Source of the DNA: Candidatus Zhuqueibacterota bacterium
GTDB lineage: Bacteria > Zhuqueibacterota > QNDG01 > JABMRT01
Reading direction: 5' to 3'
Length of the DNA stretch: 64,000 nucleotides
NCBI GenBank assembly: GCA_013202295.1
Contig: JABMRT010000064.1
Span: 3,362-67,361 of the forward strand
Position numbers and translations under genes: made by a program. Shown here piece by piece: positions 20,619-29,395 of the stretch. The notes beneath the pieces are model-generated. The model worked only from the letters and a program-made list of their open reading frames with translations. It was not told the origin of the DNA and searched no databases. Each line of letters starts with the position of its first letter. Position 1 is the stretch's first letter.

Positions 20619-21863
20619 TTATTCATATCTTAATGCATCAATCGGATCGATAGTCGCGGCTTTGCGCGCAGGAAAGAATCCGGCTAAAAGGCCGATCAGC
20701 GCGAGCACACCGAACGCGACTCCCATGACAGTGGTTGAAATCACAGGTCTTCCCAGGAATTGCATGACACCCTCTTCAGCTGGCATCAACCACATCATTT
20801 TAACAAGACTCACAGAGATAAGCACACCGACCAGCCCACCCATACCAGCGATTGCCAGAGATTCAAAGATGATCTGAAATATAATGTGACGCCGTTTGGC
20901 GCCCACAGCCCGCTTGATTCCGATTTCGCGCGTGCGTTCCTTCACGACCACATACATGATATTCGCCACGCCCACGCCGGCCACGATCAGAGACATGGCA
21001 CCCAGTACACCGAGAAAGATATTGATGCCCAGAAACATTTTCATCATGACTTGTTCGTTTTCGAGATGGTCCCACATGCCAAGGGCGTCTTCGTCCTTGG
21101 GATCAAACCGATACTTGTTGGCCATCATCTCTCTGATTTGACGAATCACACCCGGATAGACCTGCACGTTTTTGGGTTTGACAATGATGGATCGGACAGT
21201 ACGGTAATTGTAGATGGACTGAAACGTGCTGAACGGGATGATTGCCCGACGTGTATCCGGGCCGTTATTCATTCCCATCTGCATCTTGTTCGGCATGATT
21301 CCTATTACCAAGAATGGGACTCCATCGATATCAAATGTTTTTCCAATCGGCTCTTCGCTTCCGAATAATTCCCCGGCAATCTCAACGCCTAAAAAGACCA
21401 CACGTCGCCGTTCCTCTACATCCTTGTCATTGATAAAGCGCCCACCGGGTCTCGCGTGTGTACTTCGCAAATGTTCAAAATCCGGATATACTCCTTCCAT
21501 CCACGTTGAAGCAATTTTATCGCCATTTCGCATGCGGATCCATGTACCATTTTGCGGGCTGATATATTCAAGATCCGGGATGCTTTCTTTGAGCATGTTA
21601 TAATCATCCATCATGAGATTGATGTCTCGTCCGATAGGCAGGCCTTTGTACCGAATCCGGGTCTGACCACCAAACACGCGGATACTTTGATTACCGGCGC
21701 CGCGGACTCCGATCTTAACCTGTCGTCCCAATCCGGTGCCAAAGGCCATAAGCAGGATGACAGCCAGAGTACCCCAGGTGATGGCCATCATGGTCAGAAT
21801 GGCCCGGGTTTTCTGAGTTTTAATATCCTGAAAAAATTCGCGTAATAAATGAAAGAGTTGCAT
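20619..21863 (-). CDS. ABC transporter permease, MacB/FtsX family (periplasmic domain + C-terminal 4-TM FtsX domain)
   Basis: N-terminal TM segment (ILTMMAITWGTLAVILLMAFGTGLG), a large periplasmic domain and C-terminal FtsX-like helices. Paralogous to 21873..23111. Confidence 0.7.
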   Translation of the reverse strand: MQLFHLLREFFQDIKTQKTRAILTMMAITWGTLAVILLMAFGTGLGRQVKIGVRGAGNQSIRVFGGQTRIRYKGLPIGRDINLMMDDYNMLKESIPDLEYISPQNGTWIRMRNGDKIASTWMEGVYPDFEHLRSTHARPGGRFINDKDVEERRRVVFLGVEIAGELFGSEEPIGKTFDIDGVPFLVIGIMPNKMQMGMNNGPDTRRAIIPFSTFQSIYNYRTVRSIIVKPKNVQVYPGVIRQIREMMANKYRFDPKDEDALGMWDHLENEQVMMKMFLGINIFLGVLGAMSLIVAGVGVANIMYVVVKERTREIGIKRAVGAKRRHIIFQIIFESLAIAGMGGLVGVLISVSLVKMMWLMPAEEGVMQFLGRPVISTTVMGVAFGVLALIGLLAGFFPARKAATIDPIDALRYE

Positions 21864-21872
21864 ATTCTGGCC

Positions 21873-23111
21873 TCAATATCTTAAGCATTCAACGGGATCA
21901 AGCTGGGCCGCTTTTCGTGCGGGAAAAAATCCGGCCAAAAAACCAATACTGCTTAAAATCAGAACGGTAGTAAGCGCCACGGAGAATGAGAGTACAGGTT
22001 GACCGACATATTCTTCAATCGGAAACATGTTGATTAATTTAACCATTCCGATTGATATGCAGAATCCGATCAGAGCGCTGGTGCCGACGATGAGAAAAGT
22101 TTCGAGAAAGAATTCGCCCATGATATGACGGGCCTTTGCGCCCACAGAGCGGCGAATGCCAATTTCCTTTGTGCGTTCCTGGACCACGACATACATGATA
22201 TTGGCCAGACCGATGCCGCCCACGAGCAGGGAAATGCCCCCGATCACTCCGAGAAATATCGTAAACGAGGCAGCAAAATCATACATGAATTTTTCACTGT
22301 CATAAGTATCCCAGATTCCCAGCGTCTCGGTGTCGTCAGGATGGAATGTATACTTCTTAGCCAGAACCGCATACACCTTTTTTTCATTCTGTTTTCCCAT
22401 CATTGGATCTTGATGCTTATAAACCAAGTTCTCAAGGTAACGGTTACCAAACATGGATTTGAATGTACTCGCGGGGATAAAACAACGATCCTGATCACGC
22501 TGATTGTAGGAGGAATCCTGTGTTTTAGGCCGTAATATTCCTATGATCGTGAAAGGAGTATCTCCGATTAAAACCTTTTTACCAATGACATCTACATTCT
22601 CGCCATAAAGAAAGTCCTTCAAACGATCGCCCAAAAAAACCACGCGGCGACGGTTTTTCAGATCATTGTCATTGATCCAACGGCCTCCGGATTGCGGATA
22701 GATATTGCGCATGGGCCCGTATTCAGGAATGATACCTGTAATGCAGGGTTTGTTCATTTTATCTTCGTACCGAACCGGCATACCCCAGCGAGCATATTCC
22801 GGGCTCAAGGAAGCCAATTCCGGGATCTCACGTCTCAAGATCTCGACATCTTCTTCCATGAGTCGAATGGGTCTGTTCCGCCCATATCCTTTATGGGGAA
22901 TGCTGGTGCTTCCGGGCCAGACAATGGCGATGCCTTCGCCCATGCCATGCATGTCCTTAATCAGCTTGCGTCCTAGACCCGTACCAAAAGCCATCAGGAG
23001 AATCACTGTGATGGTGCCCCACATCAATCCGAACATGGTCATAAACGTGCGGCTCTTATATTGCTTGAGATGGTGAAATATCTCTCGTATTGTATCGAAA
23101 AAACGGTTCAT
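21873..23111 (-). CDS. ABC transporter permease, MacB/FtsX family
   Basis: Same architecture as its paralogue (MFGLMWGTITVILLMAFGTGLG ... GIRRSVGAKARHI). Confidence 0.7.
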   Translation of the reverse strand: MNRFFDTIREIFHHLKQYKSRTFMTMFGLMWGTITVILLMAFGTGLGRKLIKDMHGMGEGIAIVWPGSTSIPHKGYGRNRPIRLMEEDVEILRREIPELASLSPEYARWGMPVRYEDKMNKPCITGIIPEYGPMRNIYPQSGGRWINDNDLKNRRRVVFLGDRLKDFLYGENVDVIGKKVLIGDTPFTIIGILRPKTQDSSYNQRDQDRCFIPASTFKSMFGNRYLENLVYKHQDPMMGKQNEKKVYAVLAKKYTFHPDDTETLGIWDTYDSEKFMYDFAASFTIFLGVIGGISLLVGGIGLANIMYVVVQERTKEIGIRRSVGAKARHIMGEFFLETFLIVGTSALIGFCISIGMVKLINMFPIEEYVGQPVLSFSVALTTVLILSSIGFLAGFFPARKAAQLDPVECLRY

Positions 23112-23145
23112 AAAATCATCCAGAAATTAAATTGAAATAGAAAGA

Positions 23146-24243
23146 TCAGGTGATTTCCTCAAATTTTTTCTCAAGCACTTCTTCGCCCTCTTCCAATCCG
23201 GAAATCACCTCAATGAGAATGGCATCACTTAGACCGGTTTCGATTGACCGTTCTTCGGGCGTTTCTCCGTCCGGATTGGGCAATTGAACAAAAGCCGAAT
23301 CATTCCGAAACGTGATCACCCGCTCGGGAAGGGTCAGCACGCTATCTTTTTGAGAAATGATAATATTGGCATTGGCTGAAAATCCGGCACGGAGGACTGC
23401 ATCTCCGGCGTCTGTGATTTTAATTTCCACAGGAAACACTGTGGCATTGTCTACTTTTAATGCTTTTAGTGAAATCAGGCTGACCTGGGCTTCAACGGTT
23501 TTTCCAGGCAGGGCACCGATAATCAACTGGGCATTCATACCTTCTTTAATTTTGCCCACATCGATCTCGTCTACTGTACCCTTAAAGAGGAGATTGTCCA
23601 TATTGGCCATTTTCATTAGTTCTGTGCCGGCCTGATAGCTTGTCAATGGCACAACCGGGTCACCCACATTGATGCTCTTCTCAAGGATGTATCCGGTAAT
23701 TGGCGATTTAATGACTGTCTCAATGTCTGTGCCTTCGATGTTGATTTTGCCTTTTTCAATCAGGTCGAGTCGTTCTTCAGCCATCTTTTTATTGAGTGCC
23801 GCCTGATCGTGTAACTGTTTCATCTGCTCATACTCATAATCCGAGATCAAGCCTTCGGTTTGGAGCTGACGGCTTCTTACAAGCTCTGCTGCAAGTGTTT
23901 TGTATGCGATATCCATTCTTTCAACATTGCGTGTCGTTTCGGCCAGCTCAAGCGGAGTCGGGTCAGGTTTGACTTCAAGGAGAGGATCACCCGCATTTAC
24001 AAAATCGCCGACGCCGACAAACAGATTCTTAACCACGCCTGATACTTTTGATTTAACAGCGATCTCATTGAAAGGCTCAATCGAACCTACAGCAAGCGCT
24101 TTGTCGATGATATTGTTTTTCTCTACTTTTACGGTGCTTACTTCACTGTTCCCTTTATTCCCTCTGGAAGCCACAACCACGGCGATGATCACGACCAAGA
24201 TCACGATGATACCGATCCAGAGTACGGGTTTTTTCATTTTCAT
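23146..24243 (-). CDS. HlyD/MacA-family periplasmic adaptor subunit
   Basis: N-terminal signal-anchor MKMKKPVLWIGIIVILVVIIAVVVA, coiled-coil central region and beta-barrel/lipoyl-like motifs typical of membrane-fusion proteins. Confidence 0.65.
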   Translation of the reverse strand: MKMKKPVLWIGIIVILVVIIAVVVASRGNKGNSEVSTVKVEKNNIIDKALAVGSIEPFNEIAVKSKVSGVVKNLFVGVGDFVNAGDPLLEVKPDPTPLELAETTRNVERMDIAYKTLAAELVRSRQLQTEGLISDYEYEQMKQLHDQAALNKKMAEERLDLIEKGKINIEGTDIETVIKSPITGYILEKSINVGDPVVPLTSYQAGTELMKMANMDNLLFKGTVDEIDVGKIKEGMNAQLIIGALPGKTVEAQVSLISLKALKVDNATVFPVEIKITDAGDAVLRAGFSANANIIISQKDSVLTLPERVITFRNDSAFVQLPNPDGETPEERSIETGLSDAILIEVISGLEEGEEVLEKKFEEIT

Positions 24244-24412
24244 CTGGGTTTCTCCTAGTTGTTTAATTATTAACTGTATTTTAATATAGGATAATACATA
24301 TTCAATTCTATAGCATATACGGCTGGCTTGAGTGGATTGTTACATGGAAAGACTGCGGGCTATTACATGAATTATTGTTAAGGAGATATTGGATTCGATT
24401 TGATGAAGATGG

Positions 24413-24444
24413 ATATAAAAAAAGCGGCTTGGCAGCCGCTTTTT
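24413..24444. terminator. Bidirectional Rho-independent terminator
   Basis: AAAAAAAGCGGCT-TGGC-AGCCGCTTTTT, with an A-run on one side and a T-run on the other. It serves the minus-strand gene 24464..24907. Confidence 0.55.
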
Positions 24445-24463
24445 CAAGTGCATCTTATTCATT

Positions 24464-24907
24464 TTATTTAAGTCTGAAATCAATCGGGATGGCTATCCAT
24501 ACGTCAACTGGATTTTCATCTTTCAGTGCGGGATCCCATTTTGTTGCTTTGATGGCTTTTACAGCCGCAGCATCGCATTCTACCGAGACTGATTCAGAGA
24601 TTTTCGTTTCAACCACATCGCCGTCTGTATTTACCTTTGCATAAACAACCGTACGTCCTTCGATGCCTGTTTTGCGAGCAATTTCAGGATACTCAAGATT
24701 TTGTTGAATTGCAATAAATCCTCCAACTGGTTTTGGATGCACGTCGTACTCAACGAATTCCACACCTTCCGGGGGATCGGCAGGTTTTTCAACTTCCTTT
24801 TGAGTCATTTCGGTCTGCACTGGATCTTCCATTTTTTCACTGCATGCGGCGACCAGGATCAGGATTGCCAAGATCCCAATCAACAGTTTAAAACCTTTAG
24901 TAACCAT
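24464..24907 (-). CDS. Lipoprotein with TonB C-terminal-type domain
   Basis: Lipobox LVAAC. C-terminal ~90 aa (DVHPKPVGGFIAIQQNLEYPEIARKTGIEGRTVVYAKV...VWIAIPIDFRLK) resemble the TonB-C fold and are paralogous to the C-terminus of 24928..25977. Confidence 0.55.
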   Translation of the reverse strand: MVTKGFKLLIGILAILILVAACSEKMEDPVQTEMTQKEVEKPADPPEGVEFVEYDVHPKPVGGFIAIQQNLEYPEIARKTGIEGRTVVYAKVNTDGDVVETKISESVSVECDAAAVKAIKATKWDPALKDENPVDVWIAIPIDFRLK

Positions 24908-24927
24908 TCAGCACCTCCTTTAGTGGT

Positions 24928-25977
24928 TTATTGTAATCTGAAATCAACCGGAATGGCAATCCACACGGAAACCGGCCGTGTTTCCTTTTTCGCAGGCTGC
25001 CAGGCGGTTTTTTCGAGGGCCGCCAATGCGGCCTGGTCGAGTGATTCATCCGGTGAATTCACCACACGCGCAGTGGTCATTCGACCGGATGTATCAATCC
25101 GCACATACACCAGAACCCGACCCTCAAGGCCTGCTTTCCGAGCCGGTTCGGGGTAGATCAGATTTTTTGAGATGGCTCCAAATCCACCAACCGGCATGGG
25201 TGGTGCATCATATTCAACAAAATCGATGTCACCATCATCACCTGTTTCGAGTTTGATATCCGGTGAAAGAGAATCAGGATTTGCGGGATCTTTAATTTTC
25301 AATGATTCAATTGCTAAATCATTCAACCAGTTGATGAGAAAACGATGCGATGCACGTGGCTGGCCCGGGGCCATGGCAGTGGCTTCTTCATATATCTCAA
25401 TAAAATGTTGATAATCCGATTGGGATCGAATGGACTGGAACAAGGGTGTCACAGTAATAAACAGCGCTTTTCGCTCCGTGCCGTTTTCCTCCAGTGGTGT
25501 GCCGATGACCGTGGTTTCACCCGATTGACCCGCAACGCGCACGGTGTGCTGTTTCTCAAGCATATCTCCGTGAATCTTAACGATGTAGGATAATCGCCCG
25601 TCCAGCAATCCGCCTGCAGGTTGAATTTCGATCCAGTTGCTTTTGTATTCTGACTGCCATCCGTCTTTATCACTAAACCATGAATAGCAGAGCACGCGGC
25701 GAAGTTTATAGGTCTGGTAATTGTAAATGGATTTTAACCGGTCCTTGACTTCCTCGGCATTCTGCACGACCTCATCCCAGGTCCAGATTGCGGTTTCACC
25801 CGGCAGGATAGGGTACTCCACCGCCTCTTCTGTTGTTTGTGCTTCAAAGGCGTGAACAATAAAAAGAGCTGCAATAGGCTCCTCTCCTTTGACGGATTTT
25901 GGCTTCTCTGTGCAGGAGAGTAGTATTAATATTAGAATTGTAGCGATGATCCAAACAGCCTTTATTTGATGTTTCAT
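24928..25977 (-). CDS. Lipoprotein with unknown central domain and TonB C-terminal-type domain (start reassigned to MKHQIK...)
   Basis: AAAGGA RBS 7 nt upstream of ATG (RC 25975-25977). Lipobox LLSC. C-terminal DAPPMPVGGFGAISKNLIYPEPARKAGLEGRVLVYVRI...VWIAIPVDFRLQ. Confidence 0.55.
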   Translation of the reverse strand: MKHQIKAVWIIATILILILLSCTEKPKSVKGEEPIAALFIVHAFEAQTTEEAVEYPILPGETAIWTWDEVVQNAEEVKDRLKSIYNYQTYKLRRVLCYSWFSDKDGWQSEYKSNWIEIQPAGGLLDGRLSYIVKIHGDMLEKQHTVRVAGQSGETTVIGTPLEENGTERKALFITVTPLFQSIRSQSDYQHFIEIYEEATAMAPGQPRASHRFLINWLNDLAIESLKIKDPANPDSLSPDIKLETGDDGDIDFVEYDAPPMPVGGFGAISKNLIYPEPARKAGLEGRVLVYVRIDTSGRMTTARVVNSPDESLDQAALAALEKTAWQPAKKETRPVSVWIAIPVDFRLQ

Positions 25978-25991
25978 GGCAAATCCTTTGT

Positions 25992-26456
25992 TTATTCCAT
26001 CCAAATAACAGATAATTTTGGTTCATCGAACTGAAATGTCATGACTTGTGCATCACGTCCGTTGATGGTGGCCCCGTCCACAATGAGGTCGAGTTCTGGT
26101 CCCATATCCTGTTTTATAGATGGATTGCCTATCAGCATCCAAAGCACAAGTACAGCAGCGACCGTTGAAAAACTCCACGCGAGTACTAGCCTGAATCGAG
26201 GTTTGAATATCCATTTTCTTTTTACGGGTGACTTGGTCATTTGGGCGAATACATCCGGCCAGAGATCCGCATTCACCGATTCGGGGATGGACAGATTGCG
26301 GCATTCTTTGATTGTGTCCTCGAAGTCCTGCATGTGATCCCACAATATCCTGCATGACTCACAGGTACGCTGATGCTCCTCGAGTGCTTGCCTGACATCC
26401 ACATACCATGCGGAAGGATCTTTTTCCATCCATCTCTTAAATTGGCGGCAGTTCAT
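25992..26456 (-). CDS. Anti-sigma factor, zinc-finger (ZAS-like HxxxCxxC) with one TM segment
   Basis: EEHQRTCESC motif and a TM segment LVLAWSFSTVAAVLVLWMLIG. Lies immediately downstream of the ECF sigma gene. Confidence 0.6.
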   Translation of the reverse strand: MNCRQFKRWMEKDPSAWYVDVRQALEEHQRTCESCRILWDHMQDFEDTIKECRNLSIPESVNADLWPDVFAQMTKSPVKRKWIFKPRFRLVLAWSFSTVAAVLVLWMLIGNPSIKQDMGPELDLIVDGATINGRDAQVMTFQFDEPKLSVIWME

Positions 26457-26465
26457 GATTTAATC

Positions 26466-26990
26466 CTATATTAATTTCACAATAATTTTTCGAAGCTGCT
26501 CCTTCGCTTTCATCCGGTGCACCCGCACAGTGGACTCGTTTATGTTCAGAATTTTCGCCACTTCCTTGCCTCTGCGTCCTTCAAGATCCATCAAGATGAA
26601 CACCTGTCTGCGTTTGATTGGCAGCTGGTTCAGCGCCTTTTCCATCAGATCGCGATATTCCAGAATTGCATCCGGGCCAGGATTGCCTGAAGTCAATGGT
26701 CGAACGGGAAGCGGGACGGATTTACGAAACCGGCTCGACCGAACACGATCGGTACAGAGATTGACGAGAATGCGATAGAACCAGGTTGAGAATTTGCTTC
26801 CAGCTCGAAATGATTCGAGAGCCTGATAGGCGCGTATAAAAGCTTCCTGGGAGGCGTCACGGGCTTCATCCCAATCGCGGAGAAATCGATAGGCGGTCTT
26901 GATGGCCATCTCTTCATACGATTCGACCAGATGCCGGTAAGCATGTGTGTTACCCGAAAGGCAATCCTTGATGGCCTGTTGATCAGTCAA
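26466..26990 (-). CDS. ECF-subfamily RNA polymerase sigma-70 factor (TTG start)
   Basis: Sigma region 2 and region 4 signatures (YRHLVESYEEMAIKTAYRFL..., ...GKEVAKILNINESTVRVHRMKAKEQL). Confidence 0.7.
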   Translation of the reverse strand: MTDQQAIKDCLSGNTHAYRHLVESYEEMAIKTAYRFLRDWDEARDASQEAFIRAYQALESFRAGSKFSTWFYRILVNLCTDRVRSSRFRKSVPLPVRPLTSGNPGPDAILEYRDLMEKALNQLPIKRRQVFILMDLEGRRGKEVAKILNINESTVRVHRMKAKEQLRKIIVKLI

Positions 26991-27083
26991 ATGCTCTCTC
27001 CAAGAAGCGATTTAAATATGATACGATCCATGCATGACTTTCGTTTATTCATATTTAATGATTTGAGATTAAAATCCAAGACA

Positions 27084-27111
27084 AATAAAAAAGCCGGGAC
27101 AGAGCCCGGCC
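27084..27111 (-). terminator. Rho-independent terminator for TPR lipoprotein gene
   Basis: GCCGGG-ACAGAG-CCCGGC hairpin. On the minus strand it is followed by TTTTTTATTT. Confidence 0.6.
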
Positions 27112-27140
27112 GTAGTAAAATTAGATGCTTTTTTTGATAT

Positions 27141-28364
27141 TTATTTAATAGGTGTAAACGTTTCCTTACTATCTAATTTTCCGTTTAAGAAGTTAAAAAT
27201 AATACCTTTTGAATAATATTTTAAGCTAGTGTATTTAAAACCTTCTCTTTCTAATGTATAAAATTCATCTGGTTCGCCATATTCTTCTTTAATCTCACTA
27301 ACTTCACCAGAATTAATTGATTCTGCCATATCAAACGCGGCCTGGCCTTTTTTCATGTTGCCGGTCCGCACATAGCAGACGCCCAGATTGTTCCAGGCAA
27401 GCTGGTTTAGAGGATTCAGATCTACAGCTTTTTCATAATAGGGGATGCCTTCTTCCCATCTTTCCGTTTCAAGATAGGCCTGTGCCGCATTCAGGTTGGA
27501 GTCGAAATCATCCGGTGCGATTCGAATAACTTCCAAAAAGGCATCGATGGCTTTCTCAAAAATTCCTGCTTTTTCTGGATCATCCTTCTCCAGATTCTGT
27601 GCCTGCATATAATAGAGACGGCCCAGATTGAACCAAGTATCCGCGTTGTCCGGATTGATTTTCAGCACATCCGTATAAATTTCAATGGCTTTGTCTTTTT
27701 CATCCTTCAGATCATAACTGTAGGCGATATTTTGGATGGCTTTGTTATAGAGATCTGATCCAGGTTCGGATTTATCCACAACACCCTGCAGAACTTCAAT
27801 GGCTTCATCATACATTTTATTGCGATAATAAACAATACCAAGCGTAGATTGCACTTCAAGGTTGCTGGGATCTTTCTCGATGGCTTGTTTGTATGTTAAA
27901 ATGGCGAGAGAGTCTTCTTTCATTAACGAGTATACCAATGCTAGATTTGTGAAGGCTTCGCTTTTTTCAGGCACCATTTCTGTACAAAGTGTGAAGTTTT
28001 CTTTGGCTTTTTCGAATTCATTGTTTTTAATCGCGCTTGCACCAATATTGAAGAGATCTACATAATATTTATTGCGCTGCTGTGAGATTTCAGCCGCGTG
28101 AAGAGCTGAGATATTGAGTGACTTGGTGAATGCATCATTCATTTCCCGATAATTACCAAGGAGACCCTGGGTCTGGCCCATTATAAACCAGGCAGCCGGA
28201 TCTTTAGAATTAGTATTTACTGCCAACTGGCATTGCTCCAGTGCTTTCTCATACTGACCCTGCTGGATGTAGACTTTGGCTGATGTGACTGCGGTTTGCT
28301 GACAACCGGCGCCGATTAAAGCGAGAATGATGACGGCAGTAAAAATGGTGAAAAAACGTTTCAT
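27141..28364 (-). CDS. TPR-repeat lipoprotein
   Basis: Lipobox ALIGAGC. Multiple TPR-like helical repeats (AWFIMGQ..., YYRNKMYDEAIE...). Confidence 0.65.
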   Translation of the reverse strand: MKRFFTIFTAVIILALIGAGCQQTAVTSAKVYIQQGQYEKALEQCQLAVNTNSKDPAAWFIMGQTQGLLGNYREMNDAFTKSLNISALHAAEISQQRNKYYVDLFNIGASAIKNNEFEKAKENFTLCTEMVPEKSEAFTNLALVYSLMKEDSLAILTYKQAIEKDPSNLEVQSTLGIVYYRNKMYDEAIEVLQGVVDKSEPGSDLYNKAIQNIAYSYDLKDEKDKAIEIYTDVLKINPDNADTWFNLGRLYYMQAQNLEKDDPEKAGIFEKAIDAFLEVIRIAPDDFDSNLNAAQAYLETERWEEGIPYYEKAVDLNPLNQLAWNNLGVCYVRTGNMKKGQAAFDMAESINSGEVSEIKEEYGEPDEFYTLEREGFKYTSLKYYSKGIIFNFLNGKLDSKETFTPIK

Positions 28365-28678
28365 TTCTTTATCCTCCTTCAGAATTTTTTAACGTGCCTA
28401 AAAAATCGTACCAATTTACACCATTTGAGGTCGAGAGTCAAGGCCTTTTTAATGAATTGCTGATCTTTATCAGATTCCGCTTGTATGAATATGAATCATC
28501 AACACACAAGAATCATCTTGTAATCATAGCTGGATTTGAATATTTTATTTTTACAGCAACAAGATCCCGGTTTATCACTCGGAGATTTTAATCATAAAAA
28601 TCTTGGGAAATCGCAAGCGTTCCTGCAATATTCATTCAGGCGGGAACCCATCCAGCCAGTTTCACCGTAAAAGTATGA

Positions 28679-29359
28679 ATGATGCTAAAATCCTTTTCTG
28701 AAAAACGCATTCGATTTGCGCCGATTCGCAATACACTTCACGGTCCTTCCAGCAATGAAGTGCGGCAATACCGCGTTCGGGTTGAGATCGGTTTGATGAC
28801 GATTCTGAGTTGTCTGATTATATTGTTTGTTATATCAAAGCGGCTGCCGGAAAAATCCATCCGTCTACCCGAACTGTCGGATCACATTTCAATTTTAATC
28901 GATGAAATTCCTATCACACGGCAGGGCAGACCCAAAACCGCACCTTCCCGTCCTGTGATTCCCATCCCGGATGAATCAGAGATACTCCCTGACGATATCA
29001 CGATTGAACCGGAACAATTTGCACTTGATGCAGGCGTTCCTCTGTTAGGAAATGGCGGGTTTGGAGATTTTGGTGAGGGTGGAAGCGGTTTTATGCCCAG
29101 ACCAATCCGGGAGGCTGTGCCTGAGTTTCCGGAAGCGGATCGAAAAAAAGGCATACATGGTGTCGTGGAATTGAGTATCCTTGTGAATGCCAGAGGGCGG
29201 GTGGACAGTGTGCGTGTCATTCAAAATACCACCGGTAGCAAGCGGCTGGCTCAGGCTGCCAAGAACGCGGCATACCGAAGTTTGTACCGTCCGCCAAGCG
29301 GCAAGCTGAAGGGGCAGTCTTGCTGGATTACGCGGCCCTACCGGTTCGAGAGCGATTGA
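28679..29359 (+). CDS. TonB-family energy transducer-like protein (TM anchor, Pro-rich spacer, TonB-C domain)
   Basis: TM segment IGLMTILSCLIILFVI, spacer RPKTAPSRPVIPIPDESE, and C-terminal GVVELSILVNARGRVDSVRVIQ... Confidence 0.6.
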   Translation: MMLKSFSEKRIRFAPIRNTLHGPSSNEVRQYRVRVEIGLMTILSCLIILFVISKRLPEKSIRLPELSDHISILIDEIPITRQGRPKTAPSRPVIPIPDESEILPDDITIEPEQFALDAGVPLLGNGGFGDFGEGGSGFMPRPIREAVPEFPEADRKKGIHGVVELSILVNARGRVDSVRVIQNTTGSKRLAQAAKNAAYRSLYRPPSGKLKGQSCWITRPYRFESD

Positions 29360-29395
29360 ATCAGGGAATCCATTTTCATATTTAAGGAAACAGAG

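Noticed and set aside
24375-25156. Plus-strand ORFs 24375..24644 and 24701..25156 with similar peptides (KSIGMAIHTSTGF / KSTGMAIHTETGR)
   Set aside because: They are the antisense shadow of the two paralogous TonB-C lipoprotein genes. Their similarity only reflects the paralogy of the real minus-strand genes.
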